Source: Acidobacteriota bacterium (GTDB lineage Bacteria > Actinomycetota > Acidimicrobiia > Acidimicrobiales > RAAP-2). From it: a DNA stretch of 64,000 nucleotides. Below the pieces are notes generated by a model, which made no database searches, had not been told where the DNA came from, and worked only from the letters and a program-made list of their open reading frames with translations. The position numbers were made by a program, and so were the translations under genes. Shown in pieces: positions 49,976 to 60,146 of the stretch. Numbering within the stretch: the first letter of the stretch is position 1; every line of letters starts with the position of its first letter. Location: NCBI GenBank assembly GCA_018971385.1, contig JAGXAY010000001.1, positions 34,822 to 98,821 of the forward strand. Direction: 5' to 3'.

Positions 49976-50969
49976 TAGGTGTAGAACTCACCTTCTGTCG
50001 GATAATTTCTGTTGCATTTTGGCATGCAGCCAAAGCCGCAAACGCTTCCTCCGTCGATATCGACGGGGTATCTTCTCCAAGGATGCAGTTGGCAAAATGC
50101 ATTAATTCTCTCCTCAAGGGTTCTCCTTGATTTACCCAGAGAGGCTTCCCCTCTGCAGTTTGCCAAATTGCTCTGAAGTTCGTCGTAGAACTATCAACAG
50201 AATCTACCTGTCCTTGATACACCGTTACTTCTTGTCGCACGTAATCGAGATCAACGAAGCCACCGGTTCCAGTCACGCTGAGCCGACGACTTTTGAGAGG
50301 GGTGATCCAATTCGTCTCAACCGCAGCCGTGACCTTTCCGTATGTCAACCAAATGAACGCATAGTCTTCATCCAAATTTCCAGGAAGCGCTCCTCCAGTT
50401 GCACCCATAACAATGGGCCGTGCCCCAGTCAGTAACTGAATGGTGTCGATATCATGAATACCTAGATCAGTGATGACGTTCGTGGCTGGGACTGCGGGTC
50501 TTGCGACACCGACTCGACGCGCAGAAATTGAAAGAATGTTTCCCAAGTTTCCACGGTCAATTATTGACCGCACAGCATCGACGGCTGGATTGAAGCGCTC
50601 AATGTGACCTACAAGAAAAATTGCGCTGCTCTTAGCTGCGGCGTCAACCAATTTTATTGCGCTATTTACGTCCGGAGCGATTGGCTTTTCGAGCAGAACA
50701 TGGACATCTCTCTCCAAGAAATCTAGTGATTGCGAAACATGGAAGGAAGTAGGGCTTGCAATAACAACTGCATCTAAATCCTCTTCAAGTAATCCGACAT
50801 GGCTGCGGTGAAGCCCAATCTCACCACCCAAACCAACAAGGTCGCCATATTCATCGATTCTTGGATCGGATACTGCCACCACCTGAAATTCTGCGAGGTC
50901 ACGCAAAACTCTTAAGTGCTGTCGGCCCATCACTCCCAAGCCGACCAATCCCACCTTGATTGGCTTCAT
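49968..50969 (-). CDS. Gfo/Idh/MocA oxidoreductase (WbpB/WlbA-like)
   Basis: VGLGVMGRQH, EKP, GHIERFNPAV, DLGIHDID and WITPLKSR motifs. Confidence 0.9.
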   Translation of the reverse strand: MKPIKVGLVGLGVMGRQHLRVLRDLAEFQVVAVSDPRIDEYGDLVGLGGEIGLHRSHVGLLEEDLDAVVIASPTSFHVSQSLDFLERDVHVLLEKPIAPDVNSAIKLVDAAAKSSAIFLVGHIERFNPAVDAVRSIIDRGNLGNILSISARRVGVARPAVPATNVITDLGIHDIDTIQLLTGARPIVMGATGGALPGNLDEDYAFIWLTYGKVTAAVETNWITPLKSRRLSVTGTGGFVDLDYVRQEVTVYQGQVDSVDSSTTNFRAIWQTAEGKPLWVNQGEPLRRELMHFANCILGEDTPSISTEEAFAALAACQNATEIIRQKVSSTPND

Positions 50970-52147
50970 TGAGAGTACCCTTCCTTAGGCGGTTGATGCA
51001 TCGTAGAAATCGACTCAACAACCTTGGTCGAATGAGAAAGCCATTTAGAAATCGCATTAGCAGTTCTTTTTGCACTACCAATTCCGCCATACGGATCTGG
51101 TGTCCATCTGACATCACCGCAGGATTCCAACGATCGAGCCACCTCATATCCCAGTCGGGTAACGTCTGGAACAAGCACGTTCGCCCTAGCTTCAATGGTT
51201 TCAACCCACTCAGTGCTCGGACGTATCGTCAAGCACGGTACCCGAAGCCAAAAAGCCTCTTTCTGAACACCACCTGAATCTGTAATGCATATTTTCGAGT
51301 CCGCTAGGTGTCGCAAAGTCTCCGCATAGGACATTGGCTCCACAAAAGTGATTCCCGTTAAATCGATATCTGAAGCCCTTAAGCGTAGGAGTGAAGATTT
51401 TGTCCGAGGATGGACAGGCCAGATAAATTCGATGCCAGTTTGTAATGCTGTAGTCGCCAGGGCAATTACGAAACGTGGAAGAAAATCTGGATCATCGACA
51501 TTCTCTGAGCGATGAATGGTGACGAATCCCTTGAGATCGCGACTCTCGAATTGAGTGCACAAAGGAGCGACTTTGGCAAACACGTCATATTGAGGGTCAC
51601 CAGTTATTTCAATATCTCCGGTCATGCCCTCGTTAGTCAAAAGATCCGAACAGTTTGGAGAAACTGGAAGGAGCAATGAACTCAAATGATCAATCAGACG
51701 ACGATTGAGCTCTTCTTGCATCCTTCGGTCGCCAGACCTACATCCTGCCTCAATGTGAATCACTGGAACGAAAGCTTTTGCGGCGGCAATTGCGGCAGCG
51801 GCAGAGGAATCTGTATCTCCGTAGACCACCACGGCACTCACGGAATCCTCCAACAGTATTTTGGAAATTGCTTGAATCATGGCACCAAACCGCAACGCTT
51901 GATGAGTCTCAGTTAGAGACAATGCATAGGTTGCGGGTGGAAGGCTCAGTTCATCGATTAGGTCGTTCATCATATTGGAGTCATAATGCTGAAAAGTATT
52001 TAACAGGAGGACTTCAATTGATTGATCCGAGGATAGATGGTGCAGAATTTCTGCCGAACGAATTACTTCCGGGCGTGTTCCAATGACATATACGACTCGC
52101 TGAATCGCCACGCCGCTACACCGTTCCTTCGTGATATCGCGAATCAT
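50966..52147 (-). CDS. Non-hydrolysing UDP-GlcNAc-type 2-epimerase (WecB/WbpI-like)
   Basis: GTRPE, QHYD, YGDTDS, HIEAGCRS and TDSGGVQKEA motifs. Confidence 0.92.
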   Translation of the reverse strand: MIRDITKERCSGVAIQRVVYVIGTRPEVIRSAEILHHLSSDQSIEVLLLNTFQHYDSNMMNDLIDELSLPPATYALSLTETHQALRFGAMIQAISKILLEDSVSAVVVYGDTDSSAAAAIAAAKAFVPVIHIEAGCRSGDRRMQEELNRRLIDHLSSLLLPVSPNCSDLLTNEGMTGDIEITGDPQYDVFAKVAPLCTQFESRDLKGFVTIHRSENVDDPDFLPRFVIALATTALQTGIEFIWPVHPRTKSSLLRLRASDIDLTGITFVEPMSYAETLRHLADSKICITDSGGVQKEAFWLRVPCLTIRPSTEWVETIEARANVLVPDVTRLGYEVARSLESCGDVRWTPDPYGGIGSAKRTANAISKWLSHSTKVVESISTMHQPPKEGYSQ

Positions 52148-54416
52148 CCATCTCTTCAGATTCCACCTTCTTCATCCTACCCCGCCTGAACATCCACCTC
52201 AGGATTGACCGTGGAAACGCAAGAACAACTATCAGAACAAGCGTGAGATAGAGCAATCTTTGAAGGTAGTTCGATGCAACATTGGTCAGGACAAGCGGAC
52301 TACCCTCAATATTCCTTATTCGAAAAATTGTCACGTTCCCGCCGCCGATTGGGCTTACACCATTTAATCTCCAATTGCTATCAAAAGGAGTGTTAAGAGT
52401 TACGTAGCGATATCCATTCCTTGGAGGCGTAACTATTACCGTGTCCGCATTTCCGATCTCATATTGTGCGCGAGAAGTTGATCCCGACCCAAGATTGCTT
52501 TGAAAATAAACCAATCGGGGATACCAAAATAGATTCTTAAATTCAACTAAGTTCTTCGAATCTTCTTGCTTCCTCAAGCATGGCGCTTCTTCAAGAAGTG
52601 CCCCCGTCGAGGACAACTGTGTACCCACAAATCCGTGTACTAAATTCATGAGATTTTCATTGGCATCTTTTTCCCACACCACATTGTCAATGTTAAATTT
52701 TGTAAGAAAATTGCAAAAGTTGACTGTCGAGGCCATCGCCTTCAGCAATGAGCTCCGAAAATACGAGCCGACAGGGGCGGAATCAATTACTGGCACGCTG
52801 GTCATCAGAGAAAGTGGTTGTATTCCTTGAAAACCTTGACGCCAATCCAGGTAAGTAACGGGGCTTTCTCCAATCGGAAGCGTTAGGACCGAGGCTCTCT
52901 GTGCACTATTGGAAACAATTTCTGCCACTGAATAATACGATTGAGGGATTGATATTCGGTTTGAAGGTAGTGAACCAGACGCGTCAAACAATTGTCCGGT
53001 CCAATATGGAAGTGGTACTACAACGACCATTAGAAATATCAAAGCGTTAAGCGTGACAATCCCTAATCGGCCTCGCAACTTCCCGAAGTCAAGGCCTTTG
53101 GACAAATAATCGATGCCAAGGCCCAACAACGGCGCCAGCATCAGTGTCAAGTATTCCATTGCTCGCTGATATGTGCTTCGAAATGGATCTAGCAGATGCA
53201 AGAACTGAAGAAAGTGTACGGTAAACGTCCCAACCGGCGGATTCGAACCGGTCGCTGCTAGAAGAAAAAATACCGAGACCAAGGTTAGGAACGGCGCGAT
53301 GTGGTTTTTCTTTTCGGATAAGTCGCCTACACGGCCAAATGCGTATCGAGCCATGCCAATGACGGCAAAACACATCGGAAGATACGCAATTGTATTGATC
53401 CAACCCGACTCCCAGGAACCCCAGGGATAGAAGTAACTGCCATCTAAATTTGCTGTTAGGCCCCAATATCCCCCGAGTCTCAAAGCTTCATCAAATGTGA
53501 CACTGTTAAGTTTGAACACTGAGAGTGATGTAGCACCGCCCAGCGACGCAATTCCGGATGCAAACGTACTTGAGTAGTAGAGGGCCTCGGGAATAAGCCA
53601 AAACAAATTAAGTACTAGCCAACCGCCGAAGATAATTCCTAGTCCCTTTAGTAATCCGAAAAGTGATGTTCGCCCCGTTCTGAATATTGCAAAACCAAGT
53701 AGGGCAACAATGATCGAATCGACTAGTACTAACGGAGTCGTAATATATGCAGGAGTCATCATTACGGTCCATCCCAGTGAGGCTAGTAACAGAGACCTGA
53801 CTCGCAATTGGGATAGGGACTTCGTAATCACTAGTAGAAGCAGCGGCAGTAGCGAGTAGTGCTGAGTCAAGAGAGACTGCGACGTCCAGATAGTCGTTAT
53901 GCAAAAAACATTGACTTGATAAAAAAGTCCCGCAGCAGTACTTCCCAAGTTTCCGATGCCTGGAAACCAATTTCGGACCAGTCCGCGCATGCTGGCACCA
54001 GAGATAAAAATCAGCGAAACGGTATATAGGCGCTGCGCAACTTCCGCCGACCATGGAAGGCCGGTGATATGCCAAAGGTACAGGAATACTCCCCACGGAA
54101 TAAGAAAACTAATCTTCCTCGCATCCGCAGGTAAATACGCTGTAGTGCCAAGATGAAAGTACCGACCAATTTCATCAAGTCTGATTGGAAATGTCCCATC
54201 AAGTCCCCAAACTAATTGAGCACCTCGCCACCAAGTGATAAGTGGAAAAAGGGCAACAACCGCAAACGCGATTGAAGGTACCCACTTTGGAGAAAGAATC
54301 AATTTTCGAACGGAGATTAGAGGAGTCCGCGCTACTTCTTTTTTTGAGCGACAATACTCGGCAATCACACATTTCCAATTCATTTTCAAGAATCTTCGTA
54401 GCAACTGGCTGACCAT
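52116..54416 (-). CDS. GT-C-like multi-pass membrane protein (AftD N-terminal/YfhO-like)
   Basis: Many TM segments, LRLGGYW, PFRS, PQSYY, a soluble C-terminal region with PFDSNW, then a final TM segment. Same layout as 40969-43965. Confidence 0.6.
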   Translation of the reverse strand: MVSQLLRRFLKMNWKCVIAEYCRSKKEVARTPLISVRKLILSPKWVPSIAFAVVALFPLITWWRGAQLVWGLDGTFPIRLDEIGRYFHLGTTAYLPADARKISFLIPWGVFLYLWHITGLPWSAEVAQRLYTVSLIFISGASMRGLVRNWFPGIGNLGSTAAGLFYQVNVFCITTIWTSQSLLTQHYSLLPLLLLVITKSLSQLRVRSLLLASLGWTVMMTPAYITTPLVLVDSIIVALLGFAIFRTGRTSLFGLLKGLGIIFGGWLVLNLFWLIPEALYYSSTFASGIASLGGATSLSVFKLNSVTFDEALRLGGYWGLTANLDGSYFYPWGSWESGWINTIAYLPMCFAVIGMARYAFGRVGDLSEKKNHIAPFLTLVSVFFLLAATGSNPPVGTFTVHFLQFLHLLDPFRSTYQRAMEYLTLMLAPLLGLGIDYLSKGLDFGKLRGRLGIVTLNALIFLMVVVVPLPYWTGQLFDASGSLPSNRISIPQSYYSVAEIVSNSAQRASVLTLPIGESPVTYLDWRQGFQGIQPLSLMTSVPVIDSAPVGSYFRSSLLKAMASTVNFCNFLTKFNIDNVVWEKDANENLMNLVHGFVGTQLSSTGALLEEAPCLRKQEDSKNLVEFKNLFWYPRLVYFQSNLGSGSTSRAQYEIGNADTVIVTPPRNGYRYVTLNTPFDSNWRLNGVSPIGGGNVTIFRIRNIEGSPLVLTNVASNYLQRLLYLTLVLIVVLAFPRSILRWMFRRGRMKKVESEEMDDSRYHEGTV

Positions 54417-55117
54417 GTGGTGGCCGTTGGCTTCGCGATGTATCGGAATGGGAGCGTTTCAATACGCATAGGTAGGAGATCAGTACTTTCTACCAAACCA
54501 AAATTCACAATCTCACCAGACTTTGCAAATGCGACGCAGTAAATCCGAATTGGTGGCTCCAAAAAAGAACTTGAGTTGGTCACCGTAATTGTGTTTCTGC
54601 CTGAATTCCCTTTGAATTCAATTGAGGGAATTTTCTTCCACGATTTTGGACTTGACCAAAATTTCACGCTGATTTTCAAGTCATTTACTGCCGAGCCGCC
54701 AATCTCCTTAGAGTCAACTACAAACACAATCTCTTGACCTGGGTACACTTGCGCGACTTTCGTATTTATCTCATGCTGATTCAATGTGGATGTGGGGAAC
54801 CCTGGCATTGAGTCAAGTCTGACTTGATTGGCAACACGTTTCAAATCATTGCGGGCTATAACTAAAAGATATCTATTGTTGCCCTGCCCATTTAATTCGG
54901 CATCACTTATGACTGTCATCGTTTGCGGGTAATTCGATGGTCGTACCGTATGCGGGTTACTCGAAAGTGATTTTGAGAAATTACTCCAGCTTGATTGGAC
55001 GAGTGCCTGAAAGGTGCTCAATGCCAGGTATGAAACGATTACTCTGACAATCAGATTGCGGCGCCATCTCCTGACACCGCTATGCACAGCCAATTGATTC
55101 ACACCGACTCTATTCAA
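54386..55117 (-). CDS. Hypothetical exported protein
   Basis: 243-aa ORF in a low-GC block, hydrophobic N-terminal segment, overlaps the next gene's start; no confident family. Confidence 0.55.
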   Translation of the reverse strand: MNRVGVNQLAVHSGVRRWRRNLIVRVIVSYLALSTFQALVQSSWSNFSKSLSSNPHTVRPSNYPQTMTVISDAELNGQGNNRYLLVIARNDLKRVANQVRLDSMPGFPTSTLNQHEINTKVAQVYPGQEIVFVVDSKEIGGSAVNDLKISVKFWSSPKSWKKIPSIEFKGNSGRNTITVTNSSSFLEPPIRIYCVAFAKSGEIVNFGLVESTDLLPMRIETLPFRYIAKPTATTWSASCYEDS

Positions 55118-55367
55118 GTTAACTCCAGGATTGAATTTTTTCGTTCTGGCTTTGGTGGAGACTATGACCTGCTCCGGGCGCTGTTGTCGGCCCAGTTGAC
55201 ATACGCTTTAGTTTCACTCTTCCGAATTAACAAAAGCGCGGGCGGGCCAAGATGTCAACCAAACCGACAACTACGCGGATTGAATGAACGGGCAATGTCG
55301 CACTCCGGTACCAACACCCTTGGTCCACAGAACTCCCGAAGGGACCGGTCTTGTCCTCACCGTGTAA

Positions 55368-58300
55368 TTAGGAATGGAATGGGCTCTGCTGCCATGACCT
55401 CGTTATTGCACCGTGTTCTATCATCAACTGGGCCACTTCGGACCAGGGGATTACGCCCGCCGAGGTATCGTCGAGCCCCTCGGCACTTGACCAATCCTCG
55501 AAGGTAGCACGCATAACTCGAGCCATGCTCTCCGGATGGGGGTCACAGAGATAGCCCCCAGCGGCGGCGACTGAGTCGCGCAACCCAGGAACGTCGTAGC
55601 CAATGGCGAGAGTTCCAAGAAGAGCCGCCTCCGTTACCACGAGACCCCAACCTTCGCGAATTGAGGTCACGAGTAAGACGTGACTTCGGCTGATCAAGTC
55701 ATTTCTCTCCGCGTCGGACACGTGACCAAAAAAGGTCACGTTCGGCGAAGCCACCTCCCTCATGCGCCGTTCCATCGAACCACTGCCAATAATCCACATT
55801 CGTGCGTCGGGGTGGTCCTCGCGAAACGCTTCAAACGCCCGGAGGGCATCGAGGGGGCGCTTGTGTTTCTCCAGACGCCCCATAAAGAGTACCGTGGGAA
55901 CCTGTTCTTTGGTGAGATTGAGTCGCCGAAGAGAAGAGGGCTTTCCGTTTGGAATGGTCACAATGTTGCTCAGTCCGTATTCGCGAAGCGACTCCTCACT
56001 CGAACGCGACACGGTGATGACAGGAGTGCTTTTGTAGCGACGCAACCACAGTGGCTCTAAGACGTGGCGCCCGATCCACGACACCGGCCAGGGCATTTCC
56101 AGCGACCACAGTTCCCGACACACCTGGTGAGCGAGTCCCACCACGTGAGCATCCTCCACCCACTTGACAGCATTAAAGGGTCGGGTATTGATTTCGTCGA
56201 CCACCACGTCGAACTGTCCGCGTCCCTCGCTCCGATAAAACTGGCGCGCCGCACGGTATACCCCGTATCTAGATCCGCGACGCACAATCGCGACCCCGTT
56301 GACGTCCTCTCGCGCCAACTCACCCACTACCGCCGCGCAAAATATGGTCACCGAGTGTCCCATCTTAACTAGTTCCTCCGCCACGGCCTGCGTGTACACC
56401 TCGGCACCTCCAGCACCCGGGTGCGCGAGGTCCCGCCAATTCAAGATCAAGATTCGCAGCGGGCGAAAGTGGGGGTCGCGACGGTGCAACAACTCCCCGT
56501 GAGGCACCTCCACGAAGGCTCTCGTTACCGTCCGATCATTGTGTGATTTCAACTTACGGTCGTAGTACTTGAGAACTCGTAGTCGGTAGAAAATGGCGAA
56601 AGTATCGAGAAGCATCTCCGTGGCACTTCGACGCGACACCGTACTCGTCAAACGCTCGCGAATCGTGACGGGTAGTTCCAGGAACCGGTCGTATCCCAAC
56701 TTCTGGCACACGACAAACAGTTCGAGATCGAAGGCGAATTTCTTCTCCACCATTCGCGGAAGAGCCGCCTCCAGAGCTTCCCGGCGAATAATTTTGATGC
56801 CAGTCTGAGTGTCGCGCACCGGCAGCTGAAAGAGTAAGCGGACGAGAGATTGATATCCGTGGGAATAGGCACGCCGCAAGGGAGGGTACACAACCTTCGA
56901 GTGGGGGTGAAGTTTGCTGCCGTAGACGATGTCGGGATTGGCGTCACGAATGGCCGCCGCGAAGTGGGTCAAAAGTTCTGCCGGGAGGTCCCCGTCTGCG
57001 TCAATGAAACCGAGGTAGCGCCCGTGCCCCTCCGTCAACCCCGTCCGCAAGGCGGAGCCTTTCCCTTGATTCACCGGGAGGGTAATGACGCGAACGTGCG
57101 GTAGGCCGCTCTCCTCAAGTGCCTCGCCACTGCCGTCCGTGCTTCCGTCCGACACCGCCAGAATCTCGTACGTCACGCCGAGTACGTTCAACACGTCAAC
57201 GCACTGCGCCACGTGCACCTGGAGAGTGGCCCCCGGGTTATAGAAAGGCACGACGAGAGTGAGATCCACCTCAGCTTCAGGCAGGACGACCATGTCCAGG
57301 AGCTCCCCACGTCCTCGCGAAACCGCCGTGGTGAGACCAGTGAACGTCGAGGGCGTCATGATGAGGATGACCGCGACCGACGCCATGACCATCACCGTGG
57401 CGAGGCGCAGTGGGGTCATGGTCATTGTTTCGGTCGCGACAAAGACTCCGATGGCTGCCACCCACGGAGCCAGCGCCGTTCGTGAGCCCCGTGAGATCTG
57501 AAGAGTCACCATCAACTGCGCAACGGCGAGTACCATTGCCTGTACCACGAGGAGTCGCACTACATTCGCGGCCCCCGAGTAGGTCGAACCGAAGAGAAGA
57601 CTCAACAACGGCTCGGCGAGCAGCATGATTGGTGCCCCGATGGCGAGCGAGGCCACCGCCAACTTTTTTAGACCACTCGTAAAATCCAGTCGTACTTGAT
57701 TGGAGGACAGAGAGAATCGCGTGAGGTGGGGGTGCAACAAAAACGTAAGCGACACCGGAACAACGAACGCCACGTCGGCCAGAATGGCAGCTACTGAATA
57801 TCGTCCCGCTGATCCCCCACTGAGAACGTGTCGCGCCACCAGCGTGTCCACCGACAACAGGGCACCGGTTCCGAAGAGGAGGAGAACGCGCGAACCCAAT
57901 TGGCGACTTTGGTTATCGCTCCCGAGGAGCAACTCGAGCGGCGCGGGAGACGGCCGGTTAGTCCGGCGCCAGAGTGAGATCAGGGTAATGCACTGTCCCG
58001 CGACGACGGCGACGAGCGCCCCCACCGCACCCCATCCGAGTCCCATGGCCATCACCCCCACTAGAAGGCGAACAAATCCATTGCCCCAGAAGTGCGCATT
58101 TGCAATGCCGCGATAGAACCCTTGCGTCAATCGAGCCCCCTCGACGAGTGCCCCGAGCGTGGCGAGAGGGAACCACACGGCGAGGAGGACCACAATGCTG
58201 TAGTGAGACAGTCTCCAGTATGGCAACACTGCCCTACTAGCGATGAGCGCCAGGCCCACCACCACGCTCCCCGCGAGCATTCGATGGCCCATCGACGACC

Positions 58301-58550
58301 GCAGCACTTCGCGAGGACCTAGAGTCGAACGCGAAGACCAAACTTGAATTGCCCCCAACGGTGCGAGTGCCAAATTGAGGACAGCGAGGGCCATCGCGAG
58401 TTTGCCGAACTCAACGGGACCGAGAACTCGAGCCCCCAGAGCGAGGAACATACCGTTCAAGAACATCACGCCGAGCGACGACGCCACCATCAGGATCACG
58501 TTGCGTCCGACCACGCCGGAGTTACTCCGTGACCACAACACGCGGGACAT
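55368..58550 (-). CDS. Triple fusion: Wzx-like flippase + GT2 polyprenyl-phosphate-sugar synthase + GT4
   Basis: Flippase about 58550-57320. GT2 about 57270-56560 (VVPFYN, SDGSTD, GKGSAL, FIDADGD, DTQTGIK). GT4 about 56460-55400 (ILNWRD..HPGAGGAE, EGWGLVVTEA). One continuous frame; the track starts at 58634. Confidence 0.85.
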   Translation of the reverse strand: MSRVLWSRSNSGVVGRNVILMVASSLGVMFLNGMFLALGARVLGPVEFGKLAMALAVLNLALAPLGAIQVWSSRSTLGPREVLRSSMGHRMLAGSVVVGLALIASRAVLPYWRLSHYSIVVLLAVWFPLATLGALVEGARLTQGFYRGIANAHFWGNGFVRLLVGVMAMGLGWGAVGALVAVVAGQCITLISLWRRTNRPSPAPLELLLGSDNQSRQLGSRVLLLFGTGALLSVDTLVARHVLSGGSAGRYSVAAILADVAFVVPVSLTFLLHPHLTRFSLSSNQVRLDFTSGLKKLAVASLAIGAPIMLLAEPLLSLLFGSTYSGAANVVRLLVVQAMVLAVAQLMVTLQISRGSRTALAPWVAAIGVFVATETMTMTPLRLATVMVMASVAVILIMTPSTFTGLTTAVSRGRGELLDMVVLPEAEVDLTLVVPFYNPGATLQVHVAQCVDVLNVLGVTYEILAVSDGSTDGSGEALEESGLPHVRVITLPVNQGKGSALRTGLTEGHGRYLGFIDADGDLPAELLTHFAAAIRDANPDIVYGSKLHPHSKVVYPPLRRAYSHGYQSLVRLLFQLPVRDTQTGIKIIRREALEAALPRMVEKKFAFDLELFVVCQKLGYDRFLELPVTIRERLTSTVSRRSATEMLLDTFAIFYRLRVLKYYDRKLKSHNDRTVTRAFVEVPHGELLHRRDPHFRPLRILILNWRDLAHPGAGGAEVYTQAVAEELVKMGHSVTIFCAAVVGELAREDVNGVAIVRRGSRYGVYRAARQFYRSEGRGQFDVVVDEINTRPFNAVKWVEDAHVVGLAHQVCRELWSLEMPWPVSWIGRHVLEPLWLRRYKSTPVITVSRSSEESLREYGLSNIVTIPNGKPSSLRRLNLTKEQVPTVLFMGRLEKHKRPLDALRAFEAFREDHPDARMWIIGSGSMERRMREVASPNVTFFGHVSDAERNDLISRSHVLLVTSIREGWGLVVTEAALLGTLAIGYDVPGLRDSVAAAGGYLCDPHPESMARVMRATFEDWSSAEGLDDTSAGVIPWSEVAQLMIEHGAITRSWQQSPFHS

Positions 58551-58847
58551 ATAGGACGAAGCGAGGGCGAGGGGATTCTGCATCGGATACGACCTAGGAC
58601 CTTCTACCTGACTTAAGCACGGCCCCGTAGCCACTTTCTCTCACAACGTTCTTAGGAACTGCTGTCCGAATGCTCCCCACTCTTTCCACAGAACATCTCA
58701 TTGTTTAAGCAAGAGCGATTGCGTTACTCTCCAATTCTACGAGAGACAACGCGAAAAGTCCTGGCCCGCGTCTTGCGATTCGGTGAAATCTATGTCTGCT
58801 ATTGGCCAAAAATGGTGTTATTCCACAGTGGATGCGGATACGCCGGG

Positions 58848-60146
58848 CTACGGGACGGGAGTCGTTTCGAGAAGTCGTCGAGAAGTCCTCATCGCGACAC
58901 CAAGCGACACCCCAACCACCACGACGGCACCGGTAGTGACGAACAACATCAGCCAAGCCAGTCCAGTAAATGACACCGGGTGAAGAGCTGCGACGACAAC
59001 CGCGACTCCTATTCCCACCAGAGGAACAAGAGCGGAGATGTGTCGGCGTGCCAGTTGAATAAAAACGAGAAAACTGAGAATACTCAGGCCCACCGACTGC
59101 ACAACCAAGACCCTCAAAATGGTTGCCGCTTGGGAAAATCGGCTGCCGAAAAGGAAGCCAGTGACGACCGTGGGAAGCGCCGAGAACGCGGCGGCCACGA
59201 TGAGGCCGAGCCCTAACGCAAACAGCAATCCTCGAATAATTAGTCGACGGCTGGCGTCACTGATGACTTTTTCTCCTACTAGGTGGGGGAAAGAAACCGT
59301 GACCAGCGCCACAGGCAGGAACAGGGCGATGTGCGCCGCAATGGCCGATGCGGCGTATTGACCAGCGTTAAACGAGGTGAAGTAGTGGCGGGCCAGGAAA
59401 GTGTCCACCGCCGTAAACCCAGTAAATCCGGCAAACGCGAAGATCGACATTGAAATATGGCGAAATCCCACTCGAAGGTGGTCTTGATGAGAGGCCGAAC
59501 GCAGTGAGTGACGAGCCTGGTAAATCAAGTAGCCAACCGAAAAAACTTGGGCCACCAAGAGTGAGGCCATGGCACCAGTTACCCCCCAGCCCACGGCAAT
59601 TAAGAGAACCCCCAACGCGAGGCGCAGAAGTCCACCCCCTACCAAAGTTCCGATCGCGACTGGGTAGTACTTAAATTCTCCAATCAGGAGTCCCTGTAAG
59701 AAGGTGGTGAGGAGAGCGAAGGGGATCCACACCGTCACCATGATCATGGGAAATGGTGAAGTCAGGTGAAGGTACGCATCGATGCGCCCAAGGAAGGTGA
59801 GAATCACGAGAGAGAGACTCGTACCCACCAGCGCAGTCCGACGAAGAAGGCGCACGACAGTTAATCCCTCATCACGCACATTCTCGAGCACCGCTTGAGT
59901 GACGGCGAACTGCAGGGCCCCGAAGGGCAGAGCGATGAGATTCGCCATATTGGTGAGAGTCGAAAGACTCCCGTAGTCCCGCGGTCCCAGTAGTCGACTA
60001 CCCGCCATGTGAAAAAGGAAGCTCGATGCGTTGACGAGAGTCGAACTTACAAGGAAAAAGGTGGCGCCGCGTCCGAACGACTCCGCATTTAATCGCCGAA
60101 GAACTGCACCCACGATGTCTCGAAGACGACTCACTTCACACCCCAA
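58848..60146 (-). CDS. Wzx/MATE-like oligosaccharide flippase
   Basis: GSRLLGPRDYGSL, DTFLARHYF and AGQYAASA motifs; about 12 TM segments. Confidence 0.85.
   Translation of the reverse strand: MGCEVSRLRDIVGAVLRRLNAESFGRGATFFLVSSTLVNASSFLFHMAGSRLLGPRDYGSLSTLTNMANLIALPFGALQFAVTQAVLENVRDEGLTVVRLLRRTALVGTSLSLVILTFLGRIDAYLHLTSPFPMIMVTVWIPFALLTTFLQGLLIGEFKYYPVAIGTLVGGGLLRLALGVLLIAVGWGVTGAMASLLVAQVFSVGYLIYQARHSLRSASHQDHLRVGFRHISMSIFAFAGFTGFTAVDTFLARHYFTSFNAGQYAASAIAAHIALFLPVALVTVSFPHLVGEKVISDASRRLIIRGLLFALGLGLIVAAAFSALPTVVTGFLFGSRFSQAATILRVLVVQSVGLSILSFLVFIQLARRHISALVPLVGIGVAVVVAALHPVSFTGLAWLMLFVTTGAVVVVGVSLGVAMRTSRRLLETTPVP

Noticed and set aside
58680-58830. DnaA-box-like TTCCACAG sequences
   Set aside because: Imperfect, only two copies, and no dnaA or origin context.
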